Origin: Podarcis liolepis
Lineage: Eukaryota
Reading direction: 5' to 3' (one strand)
DNA: 64,000 nucleotides
Assembly (NCBI GenBank): GCA_965112155.1
Contig: OZ218104.1
The notes beneath the pieces are model-generated. The model was not told the DNA's origin, made no database searches, and was given only the letters and a program-made list of their open reading frames with translations. Positions 36,801 through 50,790 of the stretch are shown here, piece by piece. The position numbers and the translations under genes were made by a program. Every line of letters starts with the position of its first letter. The stretch's first letter is position 1.

Positions 36801-37666
36801 TTCCTGTTGGAGGAGATAGCTCTTGACACCCCTCTTAAGGAGCTTCGTTGCTCAGGTGTGATGTAGGGTGCCATTTCATTGCCAGTGTTGACATATGATT
36901 CAGTTTCCAGCCTCACTGGCTTCTGTATGTGGAAAGGGGAGAGGATGCCATCTTGGAGAAGGCTCAGTGGTAGAGCATCTGCTTTGCATGCAGAAAGTCG
37001 CAAGTTCAATCCTAGGCATCTCCAGGAAGGACTGGGAATGTGCCCTGGAGAGTGCAGGTAATGGACCCTTGGGCTGACTCAATATAAGGCAGCTTCCTAG
37101 CTCATCCTTTGCCAGAGAGAACAAGATGTCAGCCTTCTCTCCCTTCATGAGCTCTCTGTACCCAAGTTTGTTTGCTTCTTTGTTTGTTTAACAGAATTTT
37201 TTCTGATTATTTTTCACAGAGCAGATTACAGCATACTTTAAATATACAGAATGGGTCATCAGGCCATTAAAAACAATACACAACATTCAATTAAAAGCTT
37301 CAAAATAAATAAAAGGGCAGCAGCAGTAGAGGGACCCTCAGTAAAAATATAAAAAAGTGCAATTCCCTAAGAACAACTAAATACAGGCTGCAATAAATCA
37401 GTCTTTAAGATCTTCCTAAATACATGCCTCCACTGAGGGCTTGGCTAAATTTGGAACAACCATTAAGTTTGAGTGTGCAAATGTATATGTTGCCGAAGCA
37501 GAAAAGGTATCAGCTCCAAACGATTTGCCCTGGAGTTCTAACTTATTTCTCCATTTTCAGCTTCAGACTACACCACAGGATATAAGCAGAGTCCTGCAGG
37601 ATCAGGCCAGTGGTCTGTCTCCTCCAGCATCCTGTTCTCACAGTGGCCAAACAGTTGGTGGTGGGA

Positions 37667-37971
37667 CCCTGGGAGAAGACAAGGATCCTGAGATCACGTT
37701 AAGGGTAGCCAAATTCTGTGCGATTGCCATAAAACTTAGGGAACAAGCTGTGCTATCATAACGATTAAGGCCTTAAATGATAATTTTAGGTTATATTTTA
37801 GTGACTAAGTTTTAATTTATATATATTTTTAACTGTTGCTGTATCTGTATTGCCCCTGTTATACCCAATTGCAAATTCAAATGTATCCCTATCGTGTTTT
37901 ATGACTTCCTTGATATTGTATGTGGGCTGGAACTGGTCTGTGACAGAAATAATAAATTCATTCATTCATGA
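37667..37971 (+). mobile_element. 5'-truncated LINE 3' end (clade uncertain)
   Basis: ORF remnant LGEDKDPEITLRVAKFCAIAIKLR, AATAAA plus (TTCA)n tail, 8-bp TSD TGGTGGGA at 37659-37666 and 37972-37979. Confidence 0.65.
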
Positions 37972-38266
37972 TGGTGGGAAGCACACAAGCAAGAGTTGAG
38001 AGCAACAGCTCTCTCCCCTCCTGAGCTTTCCAGCAACTGGCATTCAGAGACATCCTGCCTCTGACCGCAGAGACAGAACATAGCCCACAGGGCTAGTAGC
38101 CATTACTACAAATACATTCCTCCTACAGTATATGGTAAGGTTTGCAAATACAACCAGAAGAGAGATAGAGTTTGAATGAAGTGGTCTTGATGCTGGGGGG
38201 GGGGGGGGGCATCCGAGTGTGAATTTGACTTCAGCCTCATAGTGTAAGGTTGCTGGGGTTGCTGTA

Positions 38267-38534
38267 CAGTGGTATCTCGGGTTACATATGCTTCAGGTTA
38301 CAGACTCCACTAACCCAGAAATAGTACCTTGGGTTAAGAACTTTGCTTCAGGATGAGAACAGAAATCAGGTAGCAGCAGCGCAGTGGCAGCAGGAGGCCC
38401 CATTAGCTAAAGTGGTGCTGCAGGTTAAGAACAGTTTCAGGTTAAGAACAGACCTCCAGAACGAATTAACTTCTGCTGGATCAGGCCAGTGGTCTGGATC
38501 AGGCCAGTGGCCAGTGGTACCCAAGGTACCACTG
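38267..38534. mobile_element. Tigger/pogo-like (TcMar) MITE, inverted relative to the 6802 copy
   Basis: TA-CAGTGGTATCTCGG ... CCAAGGTACCACTG-TA. The internal sequence is the reverse complement of 6802-7040. Confidence 0.85.
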
Positions 38535-41500
38535 TACTGACTTTCTCTGTATGCACTCAGGGGAGTGTTGGGCTAGGGTAACTGGGGAAGAGTGTTTCTG
38601 TGTGCACATGTTAGTGAATGTGTGCAGATGTAGATTGAAAGAGCTGTGGTTGTATTCATGTACATATGTGGATTTTCTGTGAGCAATTGAGTAGGACCTC
38701 ATTTTATGGATCTTGATGCCCTATATACTGTATTATTTATTTTTGTTTGCAAACTTTTTAAAGAGTAAAAAAAGTTTAAAAAAGTTAAAATTGAACATTG
38801 CATTACTATTACAATTATCACATTACTACAACTGGCCCCTGCATTAAATTAAATGTATGCTGTCAAATGAATGCGCTCATTATGAAATGAATATGAAGAC
38901 TGACCTTTGGTCTGATCCAGTGAGGGTCCTTTTCATGGTCTGTTAACTGTGACTATATCCTTTGCGACCTTGAGTTACTTCCCTGTTTCCCCTCCACTCT
39001 TTTTGATGTGGACTGAAAAAGCAGTGTAGCCATATTTTTCCATCCCCAGCAAACAAGAGCCCTATTTCTAGATCTTCAGAGGCACGATGATGACATTGCT
39101 AAATAAATCCCCCGAGTCACAACAAGGCCTTGCTTATGCTCTGCCTGGAAAACGGTGCGTCCCAAATGTCAGAAACGAAAAGCAAATCAATGGCAAGCCA
39201 TTGGGGAATGGGGAACACAGTGTAACATAACCCCCTCGTGTGCGATAAGCATCACCGGGGCAAATCCTGTCTCCCTGAAGATGTACAAATGACTTGCACA
39301 TTGGAAAACTAGGACGGCAAGACATACTATGCTATCCAGTGTGAGGTTTCCATTACGTCTCCCGTGGTTGGAGTGACACACACTTGCCAGTTGGCCTCTT
39401 TTAAACTAGCCAAACTGGTTTCACTTGCCTTGGTTCTTGTAGATATTTGGGTTGGAAGCAGCGCTAGCTGATGAGGAAAAGGTGCTTAATATGTCACGGT
39501 AGGCAAACAGGAGATCAGGACCTTCTGCTAGACCTCTGGGTGCTTTGCAGTAGATCAATGGTGGTTTTCGATTCCCAGGACTTACCATTAGCAAGTAAAA
39601 TCATAGGTAAAAGAAGTTGTAATCATAGGATAGGAAGCTATTCAACTAAGATCCCATCTGGTCATTCGGAACAATATCATGCCACTTTAAAGAGTCATGG
39701 CTTCTCCCAAAGAACCCTGGGAAAGAGAGTTTGTTACGCATGCTGGGCATCAGCAAACCTGCTACACCTGGAACTGAATGTAGAGCTGAATGGGACACAG
39801 CTGTGAGCAGCCAGAGGAAGCACAGTCCATTCACCTTGGACCTGCCCATAAAAAGCAAGTCTGGCATGAGAGACTAGGGTGATGCCCGCTGTTTCCAGGA
39901 ACTCTTCTCGTTGTGAGTCTTTTGTGGGTGAGCCAAGTTTGGACCCTGGGTGAGAACTCAAAGGCTGAGAGGGAGAGTGTGTCAGAAAGAAAATGAATTG
40001 ATACAGATTTACTTATATGTATCAGTAACTTTGTATTAATGTGACATTGTTATATGTAATTGTGCATTTTTGTAACATTTTGCTTAAGTTGTCTGCGGCT
40101 GCTTCTTTTTTGCATACTGCTTAGAGAGATTCTCAATACGTACTAAATGGTATAGAAATCATATCATCCAATGTTAGGAAGAGACCCCTTTTCCCCACCC
40201 CCAATTGTGCAATTCCCAGAGTTCCCTGGGAAGAGGGATTGATTGTGAAACCACTCTGGGAACTGTAGTTCTTTGAGGGGAGATGAAACAAGATGGGATG
40301 AGAATGGTGGACTAAATAGGGTGAATTCCAAAAAATGCAAGGTTCATTAAGAAATTCGGCAAACTTACTGAACTCATAACCAGGGTTGGAAATGGTTAAA
40401 GGAAATGGTCCAGTAACTCTTTATATTCCTTATTATTTAATGGACAGTAATAGGCAGATAGGAAGTTGCCTTACGCCTTTTCCTATGTAAAAAAAAAATG
40501 GTCCATCTAGCTCAGTATTGTCTATGTTTACTGCTGGTTGTTTCCTATGATTTAAGAAAGGAGCCTTTCCCAACACTTCCTGGAAATGATGGAGACTGAA
40601 CTTGGGCCTGCCAACATGCTGCAGAGACCATTTACCCTGATACTGACAGGAAGGACATCAGATTCACTTTCCATTTTAAGGCAAAATCACTTCATTTGCA
40701 GTTTCCAGGCCCCCCGCCCCCCACCAGGTACTGAAATGCAGCCGCCCTTCAAAATCTGCAATGTAGTTTTCCAGCCAAAAAAGAAAGTGCACCAAAACTC
40801 TACATATTCAGTGAAAGTGTGCATAAAAATCAAATATTAGGGGAAATTGCATACAATTCCCTAATGCATGGCATTAGAGAAATGTAAAATGTGTGTAGGC
40901 AAAATTGCATACCAAAATTGCATATAAGGAGGAAAATGCAGAAAAATTCTTATTGATTATTTTTTTAAAAAATTATTATTTTCTCATATTACAAACTGAC
41001 AAAAAACAGTATTAGAACAAAGCACATCCTCCCATCATTTCTGAAGATGTTAATTTAGATTGCATCGGAGCTTGCATCCCTTAAATTGTCATATTCCAGT
41101 CGTGTGGCAGTTCCAGTTACCACATGCCATCACAGCAACCAAAAAGTTTTATAATGTGGAGGAGATCCCACGTTCTCCTGTTTTGCACTGTATAGAAGAA
41201 ATGTATCCCCATTCATCCAAAATGTGTCTTTTTATTTCCTCCCCCTTGCTAGTTTTGGTTTACCGGTTAAATTTTCTATCAGCAGCAATTTGCAGCCTTT
41301 TTTAATACCATGTGGTCAATGCTGCACCCTCTAAGAATTTCCAATATCTAGCTGTTACTAGCATGGTTGCTAATAAATTCTGGTTGATAAGATGCTTAAA
41401 ATGCTGTCAAATTCTTATGATGCCTTTTAATATTCAAATATATATCAAACCATGCAAGAAAACTGAACTTAAAAACGTGCAGCCAGGGCATGTTCTTTGC

Positions 41501-42249
41501 TATTTGGCTCCCATTCTGATTTAACAAAAGGAAACCAGTGATACAAAAGTAATACATTCATGCCAGAGTATGGGGATGGGGGGGGGGACAGCGGGGATGG
41601 GGGGGATGGGGGGGGCTGTAATGAGGGCATCAGTGGATACTGTCGAAAGAACCCAAAATAGGCTTCTATGTTTCAACCCAACAATTAGAGCATATGCTGT
41701 CCCCGTTTACAGTATGCAGGATATAATTTTGGAAAGAACTGCCGTTTGTGGGACCGGTTCAGTTATGAATAGCTTGCAGGCTGGTGTTTCTGAGCACCCG
41801 TCCCTCCCCCCCCTCCCTCCGGGACTGCATATGGTTAAAAGAGGCCTGCCATGGTTAAAATGGATGTTGTAAAATAAGAACATTCTATATGGACAACAAC
41901 AAAAACAGAGGGGGGATTTGTGCAGCAAAAGTACTAGTTGTTTTTAAATCACATATTGAAGCAAAATTATGCTACATGCAGCTAAGAAGAGGCAGAAGAC
42001 AGAGCCTGTTGTCCAAAGCTCTACCTCTTTCTTCCAGTAACAGGAAAACAAGGTGTGGCGAGTTTCCCCAGCCCCTAGAAATGTCAGCCAAACAATGGAA
42101 AGGAACAGGGGCAGGGGGACCTGTGACACAGTGGTATGAGTGTTGCATTAGTCAATGCAGTGCAGGAGGAAAGAGGATAGATGCAGGATTAGAGCATTTG
42201 GTGGCTGGGACAACTCAGCCACAATGTGGAGATCCTGGTGCTACTAGAA

Positions 42250-42274
42250 GATGATGATGATGACGATGATAATA

Positions 42275-42309
<35 letters not shown>
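42250..42309. repeat. (GAT)n microsatellite
   Basis: Direct reading; imperfect. Confidence 0.9.
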
Positions 42310-42311
<2 letters not shown>

Positions 42312-43276
42312 GTACCCTTCAAGAAGCTCAAGGTGGTGTACACAGGTCTTCCCCTACTCATTACATTCTCACACCAACCCTGCAAAGTAGGTTTGGTTGA
42401 GAGGCTGTGGGCTCATCTGCATTCTGCATTTAAAGCGGTATCATGTCACTTTAAACAGTCATTGCTTTCTCTGAAGAATCCTGTGAAATGTAGTTATGGG
42501 TGCTCAGAATTGTTAGGAAACCCCTATTCCCCTCACAGAGCTGCAATTCCCAGAGCTGCTTGTAATGAACTCACTATACCAGTGAGTTCTGCCACACCCA
42601 CAAAAGCCCTGACTGTTGTACTGTTTTACTATTCATGGAGACATAGGAAGCTGCCTTATTTGGAGTCAGACTACTGGTCCCTCTAGCTCAGTATTGTCTA
42701 CACTGACTGACAGCAGCTCTTCAGGAACTCAGACAGAAGTCTCTCCCCGCTGGGGATTGAACCTGGGACCTTCTGTATGCAAAACAAAAGCTACGGCCCT
42801 TCCCTCCGTTCTCCCATCTTCAGTAGCCACCCACCCAAGCCTGCAGTCTAAACCAGAAGTAAGTCTCACTGGATTAAATGAGACTAACCCTCAGGTAAGT
42901 GGGGGAGATACAGACAGACAGAGTGCTCTCATTTCCCAGATTCCTGCAGGTATCTAGTTGGCCAATGTGAAAATAGGGAGCTGGACCATATGGACCATTG
43001 GCCTGATCCAGCAGGCAATTCTTATGAATTAGGGTTGAATCCTAAGAAAGAAGGACCTCTGGTGAAAACAGCAATGAACAACAACAAAAATCAATACCAC
43101 AATCCCATTATCCTTGTGAAGATATAGCAGAGGCCCTAGAACTTTGCAGATATCACTCGATGAAGGAGGTCTGCTCCTCAGGATCCCACCCCTGGTGGGG
43201 GCCACACAAAGAACTTTCATTGGTACTCCCCCACCATTGCTGCTCCGACACCAAAGATGGGGAAAGAATGGCTTAG

Positions 43277-43528
43277 GGAGAGCCAGTGTGGTATAGTGGT
43301 TAAGAGCGGTGGTCTCGTAATCTGGGGAACCGGGTTCGCTTCCCCAATCCTCCACATGCAGCTGCTGGGTGACCTTGGGCCAGTCACACTTCTTTGAAGT
43401 CTCTCAGCCCCACTCACCTCACAGTGTGTTTGTTGTGGGGGAGGAAGGGAAAGGAGAATGTTAGCCGCTTTGAGACTCCTTCAGGTAGTGATAAAGCGGG
43501 ATATCAAATCCAAACTCTTCTTCTTCTC
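43277..43528 (+). mobile_element. Young tRNA-derived CORE-type SINE (Squam3-like)
   Basis: Same family as 30363-30611, opposite orientation, with a ctcttcttcttc tail. Confidence 0.85.
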
Positions 43529-45944
43529 TACATCCCTCCGATGCTTATATTCAAACGTAATTCAGAGAGAAGGCAAGGGGTGGAAAAACAGAAGAAATAA
43601 GCAAAGGAGGGAGGGAGGGAGAGCCAGGAGTAAAGAAAGAAAAGAGCCCATTTCAAATTATATCTGCAGCCCTGGAAACATTAGTATTACTTTTCCTCAG
43701 TGGGACAAGTGATGTTTCAACAATCTATACATATTGATTTAGGCTGATAATAAACAATTTGATTAGCCTCTATCTATAAGGCTGTCATTTCAATCACTGT
43801 CATTGGGCCAATAGAGTGGAAGGCAACGAACAGACGCATATGGCCACAGTTCTCAAAATAAGAAACTCAGGCCTGATTAGAGACTTGGGTTCAGTGAATT
43901 GGACAAGACAGCTCAGCTGCCAAGTTATTAACTCCCTCAGAAAATACTCTGCCTGCTCCCTCTGGGCCAGCCTGAATATTCTGATCTGGATCGATAAGCA
44001 ATCTCCGGTGTGTACAAAATGCCAGCCAGAATCATTTGTCTCAGAGCGGCTTCCTTACAAAAGGATGAAACACCTGCAGTCTGCAGTATAAGGCCTGCCT
44101 TTCTGCTCCTCGTTCTTTCTCTCCCTCTCTCTGTCTTTTCCTTTCCCTCTTTTTAACTAATGACCCATAGAGGAAGCAAGGAAAAAACCAGGAAAAGTCT
44201 ATTTCATCATCCAAGAAAGCTCTCTTTTGGCTTCTTTTAATGATTGCAACGGGCTGCCTTTCAATCTTCCAGAAATTATATCCATCATGGGTTCCCTGTG
44301 GCATGTTTAGGTAAGTAATGTGAATTGCAGCATTAATGACAAGTGTGTAGATGTCATCGCAAGAGGGCCCTTGGCAAATCTGAAACAACAGAACAAGTGC
44401 ATTGCTTGTTCCTGCTGTTCTTGGTGGTTCTTTTTGCTCACTCCCCCCATTTTTTAAAAAAAACTGGGGAGGGATAGAAAAATAGTTCCTTTATTGCCTA
44501 TTGTCATCTGTGCTGCCCATGTGCCTGAGTGCAGGATAAAACACTTTCCCCTCCAAAAAAAGAGTGCAGTCTTGAGTCACTTCCAGGTAACCTGTTCCTA
44601 GAGCATTTGTTCTGATTTGTTTGCACAAAAGCAGCTATTTATTGAGCATTCATTCTTATTTGTTTTCAGGGAGGTTAGATGGTGTTGCATCAAACAAACA
44701 TTAGCCCACACTTCCCAGTGCATTTCCACATCACTTTCCTTACCACAACTGCTTGAGGGGAGATGGTCTCTTCTTGTTCCCCTCATTACAGTTGTCTTCT
44801 TGAACGGCTCGGCACTTAGGAATCTGAAACTTACAGCCCTTTATAATGAACATCAACAGACAAGGAAGTTATAATGCTGCAGAATGTATAACTCATCTTT
44901 AAACTTTAATGGAACCTCACCACTGACCTGTTTTGTAGGGTGTAGAGCCTTCATAGAAAGGACAGCAGGCATCATCCCAACTAGAACATAGCTCAGTGGT
45001 AGAGTATCTGGCCTTGCACTCAGAAGAACCCTGGTTCTGATCCTGGCAATGATCTCCACCAAACTTGATGGCTTTAAAAGAGGACTGGACAAATTCATGG
45101 AGGAGAAGACTATGATTGTGGCTACTAGCCACAACGGCTATGTGCTACATGCACTGTCAGAGGCATTATGCCTCTGAATATAAGTTGCTGGGAATCTCAG
45201 GTGGGCAGAGGGCTCTTGCGCTCATGTCCAGCTTGCAGGCTTCTCACAGGACGTGAGAACAGGACATGGACTGGATGGGCCATTGGCCTGATCCAGCAGG
45301 GCTCTTCTTATGTTCTTACATTTAGTAAATACAAAGCATCCCCTTCAGTATCAAAATAAACATTGCACATAAAAGATCAACTCCAAAAATACACAAAAAT
45401 TCACATAAACATCTAAACAAAATATCTTCTAAGGATCAGGGTGAAAAAAGTATTTCACAGAAAGCCAGCTAAAAAGCTCAGATTCCACATTTTTGAATAA
45501 CATGACTGACAGTTCGGCAAAAGAAATTCAACCCACTCTTCCCAACTGCCACACACCAACCAATCATCCAATTAGACCAACAAATCCAATCCAATTCCCA
45601 GCCCCCTTATAACTAAGGATAAAGAATACATTCCATTCAGTTCCACTCAAGCACACAATCAACATACTCACCTCCATCAAAGACATCAATACTCTGAACT
45701 TATAATCTTGCTAGTTTAGAACAAGCTCACATCATACTCTCTACACTCTGCAGTCATTCCCATAATTCATTTGACAACCAGGGATGTAAGGAGGCAGCAG
45801 TTTCCATGCTGACTTGTATTTACACTCTGCTTTGTTTCCATTCCACTGCAGTTTGCTTTCCACCAATTGCTATGTTATTTGTCCTGCTGTCTGCTATTTA
45901 AGTTACATAACTATTTGCATAATTTTACATAACTCCACGGTAAC

Positions 45945-46190
45945 TCAGAGCAGTGTTTTTAGTGTGGTTGCCCTTGTTCTGCGGAATGGCATTCCTGCCA
46001 AGATTGAACAGGTACCCTCTATCGGCACATTCTGGAAAGACTTGAAGACATTTTTGTTCCAACAGACTTCTCCAGCTGGATAAATGCATCTTTGACAGGA
46101 GTTTCTATTTTGTGTGTTTTTATTTTGCTGTTGTTTTTAATGTTTTTCCTGGGGTTTTTTGGTACATTGCCTCTGTACAGAGGGTGATTA
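45945..46190 (+). mobile_element. L2-clade LINE 3' fragment
   Basis: Translates as SVFSVVALVLRNGIP..IEQVPS..TFWKDLKTFLF, typical of an L2 ORF2 C-terminus, followed by a T-rich UTR and a (GAT)n tail. Confidence 0.65.
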
Positions 46191-46193
46191 AGA

Positions 46194-46236
<43 letters not shown>

Positions 46237-46243
46237 GTGATGA
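46194..46243. repeat. (GAT)n microsatellite
   Basis: Direct reading. Confidence 0.95.
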
Positions 46244-48935
46244 ATATGCAAACCAAACCAAATTTCTCCTCCATCCCTCCTCCCTCCACATTGGCCAGTG
46301 CTGCATGAAGTACCAACACCGATCTTCTTCCAGACATTGAGTGGGCTGGGGATTGCAGGTGGACTCTGCAATCTCCAGGCCTCCATTGTGGATGGGGAGA
46401 GCTGACAGCCAGACCAATTCTGTCATCTCTCCCAGACTCATTTTCCATTCCCTGCCTTGATGTGCTCTCTCTCTCTATCTACCCACTGTCAAAACTTTGA
46501 TTCTAAGTCCCCCTTCAGAGGGGGACTCCTCTCACATTTATGCTTATGTACAAAAGTTCCATGTACAAAGAAAAGCTATGTATGCCTGCACACAGTACCC
46601 TTAAAGCACATCCTGCCCCCTGAAAAATGAATTATGGGCACTGTTTGTTACTGGGTTGTTAGGAACGGTGACTCTGTGAAAGGCAAACTACAATACCCAG
46701 AATTCATTGAGGGAAATAATATATTTCAAATGTGCTTTAAAGGTATATTGCGTACGCAGCCCTGAGCTGCCATTGCATGTGTTTATGTGTCTACCTCTTG
46801 CTTTACCAATCCCAGCAGAAGAGGGAACACCAGAAATCTCACAAAGTGGGGGAAATAGCAGACAAAGTTTAGGGAGCCTCTGTCCTTTCTCCTGGGAATC
46901 GGTTCCCCGTCAAAGTACTCCATAATGATCAGCAGCAAGGAAAAGACTCCCCCAATGCACATGTAAAGGTTGTTGTGGAATCAGCAGTCAGGGGTCAGGG
47001 ACCTGAAGCTCTCCAGAGGGTGCTGGACTACAATTCCCATCATCCCTCATGATGGGCCATGCTAGCTAGGGATGATGAGAGTTGGAGTCCAACAGCATCC
47101 AAATGGCCACAGGTTGTTCATTTTTGAGAAGAATAATCCCCCCCCCCTGCTTTTTGTGTGTTTATATATTCTGAAGAAAGTTCGCAGGAAGAGGTTTTCT
47201 GGACACACCAGAAAAAAGAGACTTTCAGCTACCATTATGTACACATAATGCATTAAGCAGTTGCAATGGGGGATTGAAACTAAGGAACAATGTTAAACAG
47301 AGTGTGTGTTTCTTATACAGTGGTTCTGAGAAATGACAAAACAACATGGACATCTTTGCTTAATATATTTTAAGAGATTGAGAACACAACCCTTTTCTCT
47401 ACTTCCAAAAAAGAAAGGTTTTTAAAACATCCATCTCTGAATGTGTGATTTCCACTATCAAAAAGGTTTTCTTAAAAAGGCTTTAAATGAAGACACCCTA
47501 AAATAATATAATAGAAGCCCTCACAATATAGGGGAATAAGAGCGTTAACAGATTAATTTGCCCATGTAAGGAGCACATCTTCCTATCCAGAGACTTATTA
47601 GAATGATAACACACAGTTTACAAGAAAAGCTGCTGTTATGCTAATTTTCATTATTATACATGGATAATATTGGGGGTGATGAGGCAAAGTGCCTTTAAAC
47701 CAAAGCTTATCACATTTCCCCCCTCATTTGCTACACTTTTATTGTAGTGAAATATGCTCATTTTAGCAGTGGGAAATCACCCTAAACAGACAGCGGAACA
47801 GCAGAGAGCTGTCACAATGCTAAGCTCAATTTCCGAATGATATGCTCCAGAAGTAAAGCCGTTAGACATGTTGGTTTATGTATTCAAACTCCCTCCAAAT
47901 TTGATTGAAAATGGGCCTCTGATGGATATTTGCAGCGGTTATGCTGCATTAGACGCAATTTATCCATTGCCTCTCATTGTGGCTATTGATTGATTTTTAA
48001 ATTAGATGAAGGCAATCAGTAAATACCACCCAATCAAGTCCTAAAAACATACAGGAGATTAGACAATTTAGGGTAATCAATGAAAATATTCTGTGATTTG
48101 CTACCACTCAATCCCCACCATAAATTACAACCATAACTCGCAACTTGTGAAACCATAAAACAAGGGGAATGTGACAAGAAAAACTATAAGAAATGAATTA
48201 AGGAGATGAAGAGGAACCACTCACATTGTTGGCTAATGAGACAAAATTACACTTTATACATATCTTGCATTTCTGGCTTGTCAACAGTAATGTACTAGAG
48301 GGGGTCGTTGCAATTCACTCTTTTGTGGGAGGGAGGAGGAGATGAGGTAGGAGAAAGCCGAAAAGCATTCCTCCTCAGCAGCAGTGCAGTTAGGTAATTT
48401 TAGACACTGGATTTCAACATCTTATGGGGTGACCTCCTCTTTAGATGGTAATGTGTATAATGCTACTCACTCAAAAATGTGGTAAACCAGTCCTGCTGTG
48501 TCTCTTCCTCCTCCCTCTGCTGTGAGGGTCCTAAAGCCCTGACTTGATGGTGCCACCACTTCTGGAAACTCCGAAGGTTGTTTCCAGCTAAGTTCTACTC
48601 AGACTAGACCCACTGAAATTAATGGGCCTAAGTATATATGCCATGTAAGTTACATAATTTCAGCACAGCAGACAGTGGAATGAACAATGTAGCTCTGGAC
48701 AGGAGGTGAACTGCAGAGGAGCAGAAACAACACTGCCTGCGATGAATACAGTCTAGACAGGAAAATGAAGCCTTCTCACATCCCTAGTTGAAGGCAACTA
48801 TCCAGGGATCCAGGTTGAGATCTTTCCCAGCCTCACCATGTGTACTCCTTGAGAGAGGAGAGTCCTGTATTTGAAGGACTGTCAAAAGACCATCTGCTAT
48901 TTGAAGGAGTCTTCAGCATCCAATTAGCAATAGGC

Positions 48936-48938
<3 letters not shown>

Positions 48939-49007
<69 letters not shown>
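48939..49007. repeat. Compound (CT)n(CA)n microsatellite
   Basis: Direct reading. Confidence 0.95.
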
Positions 49008-49008
<1 letters not shown>

Positions 49009-50509
49009 TCTATATCCTACCACATAATCATATGACCTTAAGGTGTCTTAACAACAAAAAAGTTTAAAACCATAGAAGCACAAAAATAAAGGATAACAAG
49101 GTCATAAAAGCAGCAGACCAAACCATAAAAATGGTCCAGGTTATTATGAAATTATTGATGCAGGAAAAGGAAACGGGGGTGGGGCTGAACTGTCTGTCTT
49201 CTTATCTACAAACAGCTTGGGGCAGGGTGGCCCTGAGTACTGCCTGCATTTTGCCCTGTAGCACTCAGCAAGTGGCTGGAGTCAAAACTAGAATTAGTTG
49301 GCTCTGCCTGTGATTGGGTCTGGCGCCACCTACTGTTGGCCTCCCTGCCTCCCACCCTGCCCATCCCAACGGACACCAGCCACCACTGCTACTGAAGCAG
49401 CCCACAGCCCACTCCCTGCCTTATGGAAACAATGCCTTGGAATTCAAACACATTAATGGAAGAATAAGAGATCCAAACAGAAGGCACTACCTAAGGAAAA
49501 TGTGACGCTTGGGTAGTAATAAATCCAGAAAGGAGATAATTTCTGACTTTTATCAAAAGAAAGAACATCCTTAGATCTTCCTGACATCACAGAATGCTAC
49601 CAGCTCATCCAGAGGAAGTTTTAGAATAATTGCCCAGGAGGTAACTCGAAGGAGTGTGTTTTACTTTATCATGGTATATAAATAAAAAGGGCAGGCCAAT
49701 TAATCATATAACTTACTAAAAGTGCTTTTTATTTTGCCATTTAGTATGCCAAAAAGATCATTTTCTTTAATGTATATCCCCAGTATTCACATGATTTAAT
49801 CCATCATGTTCCGTATTATGAAATTACTTTGTTTCCCTTCCCAGTGCAGCTGAAGATCATTAACCCATGCTATTATCTAAGTCGTACATCATCCCAGGGT
49901 ATTACCTCATATGGGGATGGGGAGTGCAGGGGGGAGGGGACTGGGTAGAAAGCTACTCTCCACAGCTACACACTCCGATGAAGAAATAATTTTTCCTGGA
50001 TGGTGCTGACAGCCGGGGCTGCTTTCATTACAAAGCAGATGGCTTTGCCCATTCGGAGTAACAGCCATACCTTCACGGTCACCAGAGTTCTAAGTGCTCC
50101 AATCACCCGCTCTTGCTTTTAACATTTAAATCTGATATTACGATGCTGCCCTTACAGTATCTAGGAAACACATGTCAGTGGGAGCCACCTGCTCCAAACC
50201 TTAAGCAGAAAGGTTGTATGAGATACCTGCAGGTCTTAAGTCTTTAAAAGCCTCTATGTCAGGTTCCCCTTCCCTCGTTTTTGTTAAGAGGGTGGAAAAT
50301 GTAATGTAATTCCCGGAGGAATCCAAAATGAAAGGACCCATCTTCTGCCAAATCAGACTAATGGCCCATCCAAGCCAGGACTATCAACTCTGACTGGCAG
50401 CCATGCTTCAAGGGCACAAGCAAAAGCCTGACCAAGCAATTTTCAAACCATGTACTGTGGAATTCAGGGGCTCTCCTGGGGCTTCTTGGGGGTCCTTCAT
50501 TAAAAGAGA

Positions 50510-50790
50510 CAGAGTGTGGTAGTGGTTATAGCAGGCATAGGCAAACTTGGCCCTCCAGATGTTTTGGGACTACAACTCCCATCATCTCTGACCACTGGTC
50601 CTGTTAGCTAGGGATCATGGGAGTTGTAGTCCCAAAACTTCTGGAGGGCCGAGTTTGCCTATGGCTGGGTTGGGGTGCCAGCCTAGGGCCTGGGAGACTA
50701 GGGTCCAAGCCCCCACTGAGTCATGAAGCTCACTCGGTGACCAATCTCTCTCTGTCAGACTTATCTACCTTAAAGGGTTGTTGTGGGGAT
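50510..50790 (+). mobile_element. MIR/CORE-like SINE interrupted by a MITE
   Basis: A box gtgtggtagtggtta, then the MITE, then cctgggagactagggtccaagccccc...gggttgttgtggggataaaa. Confidence 0.6.
50532..50667. mobile_element. Palindromic hAT-like MITE (best-preserved copy of an abundant family)
   Basis: Near-perfect fold-back: caggcataggcaaacttggccctccaga...tctggagggccgagtttgcctatggctg. Decayed copies lie near 510-640, 6400-6510, 18810-18930, 28380-28485, 30826-30935, 46995-47115, 54500-54595 and 59190-59315. Confidence 0.8.

Noticed and set aside
46019-46448. Poly-His, poly-Ser and poly-Ile ORFs
   Set aside because: They are translations of a (GAT)n microsatellite.
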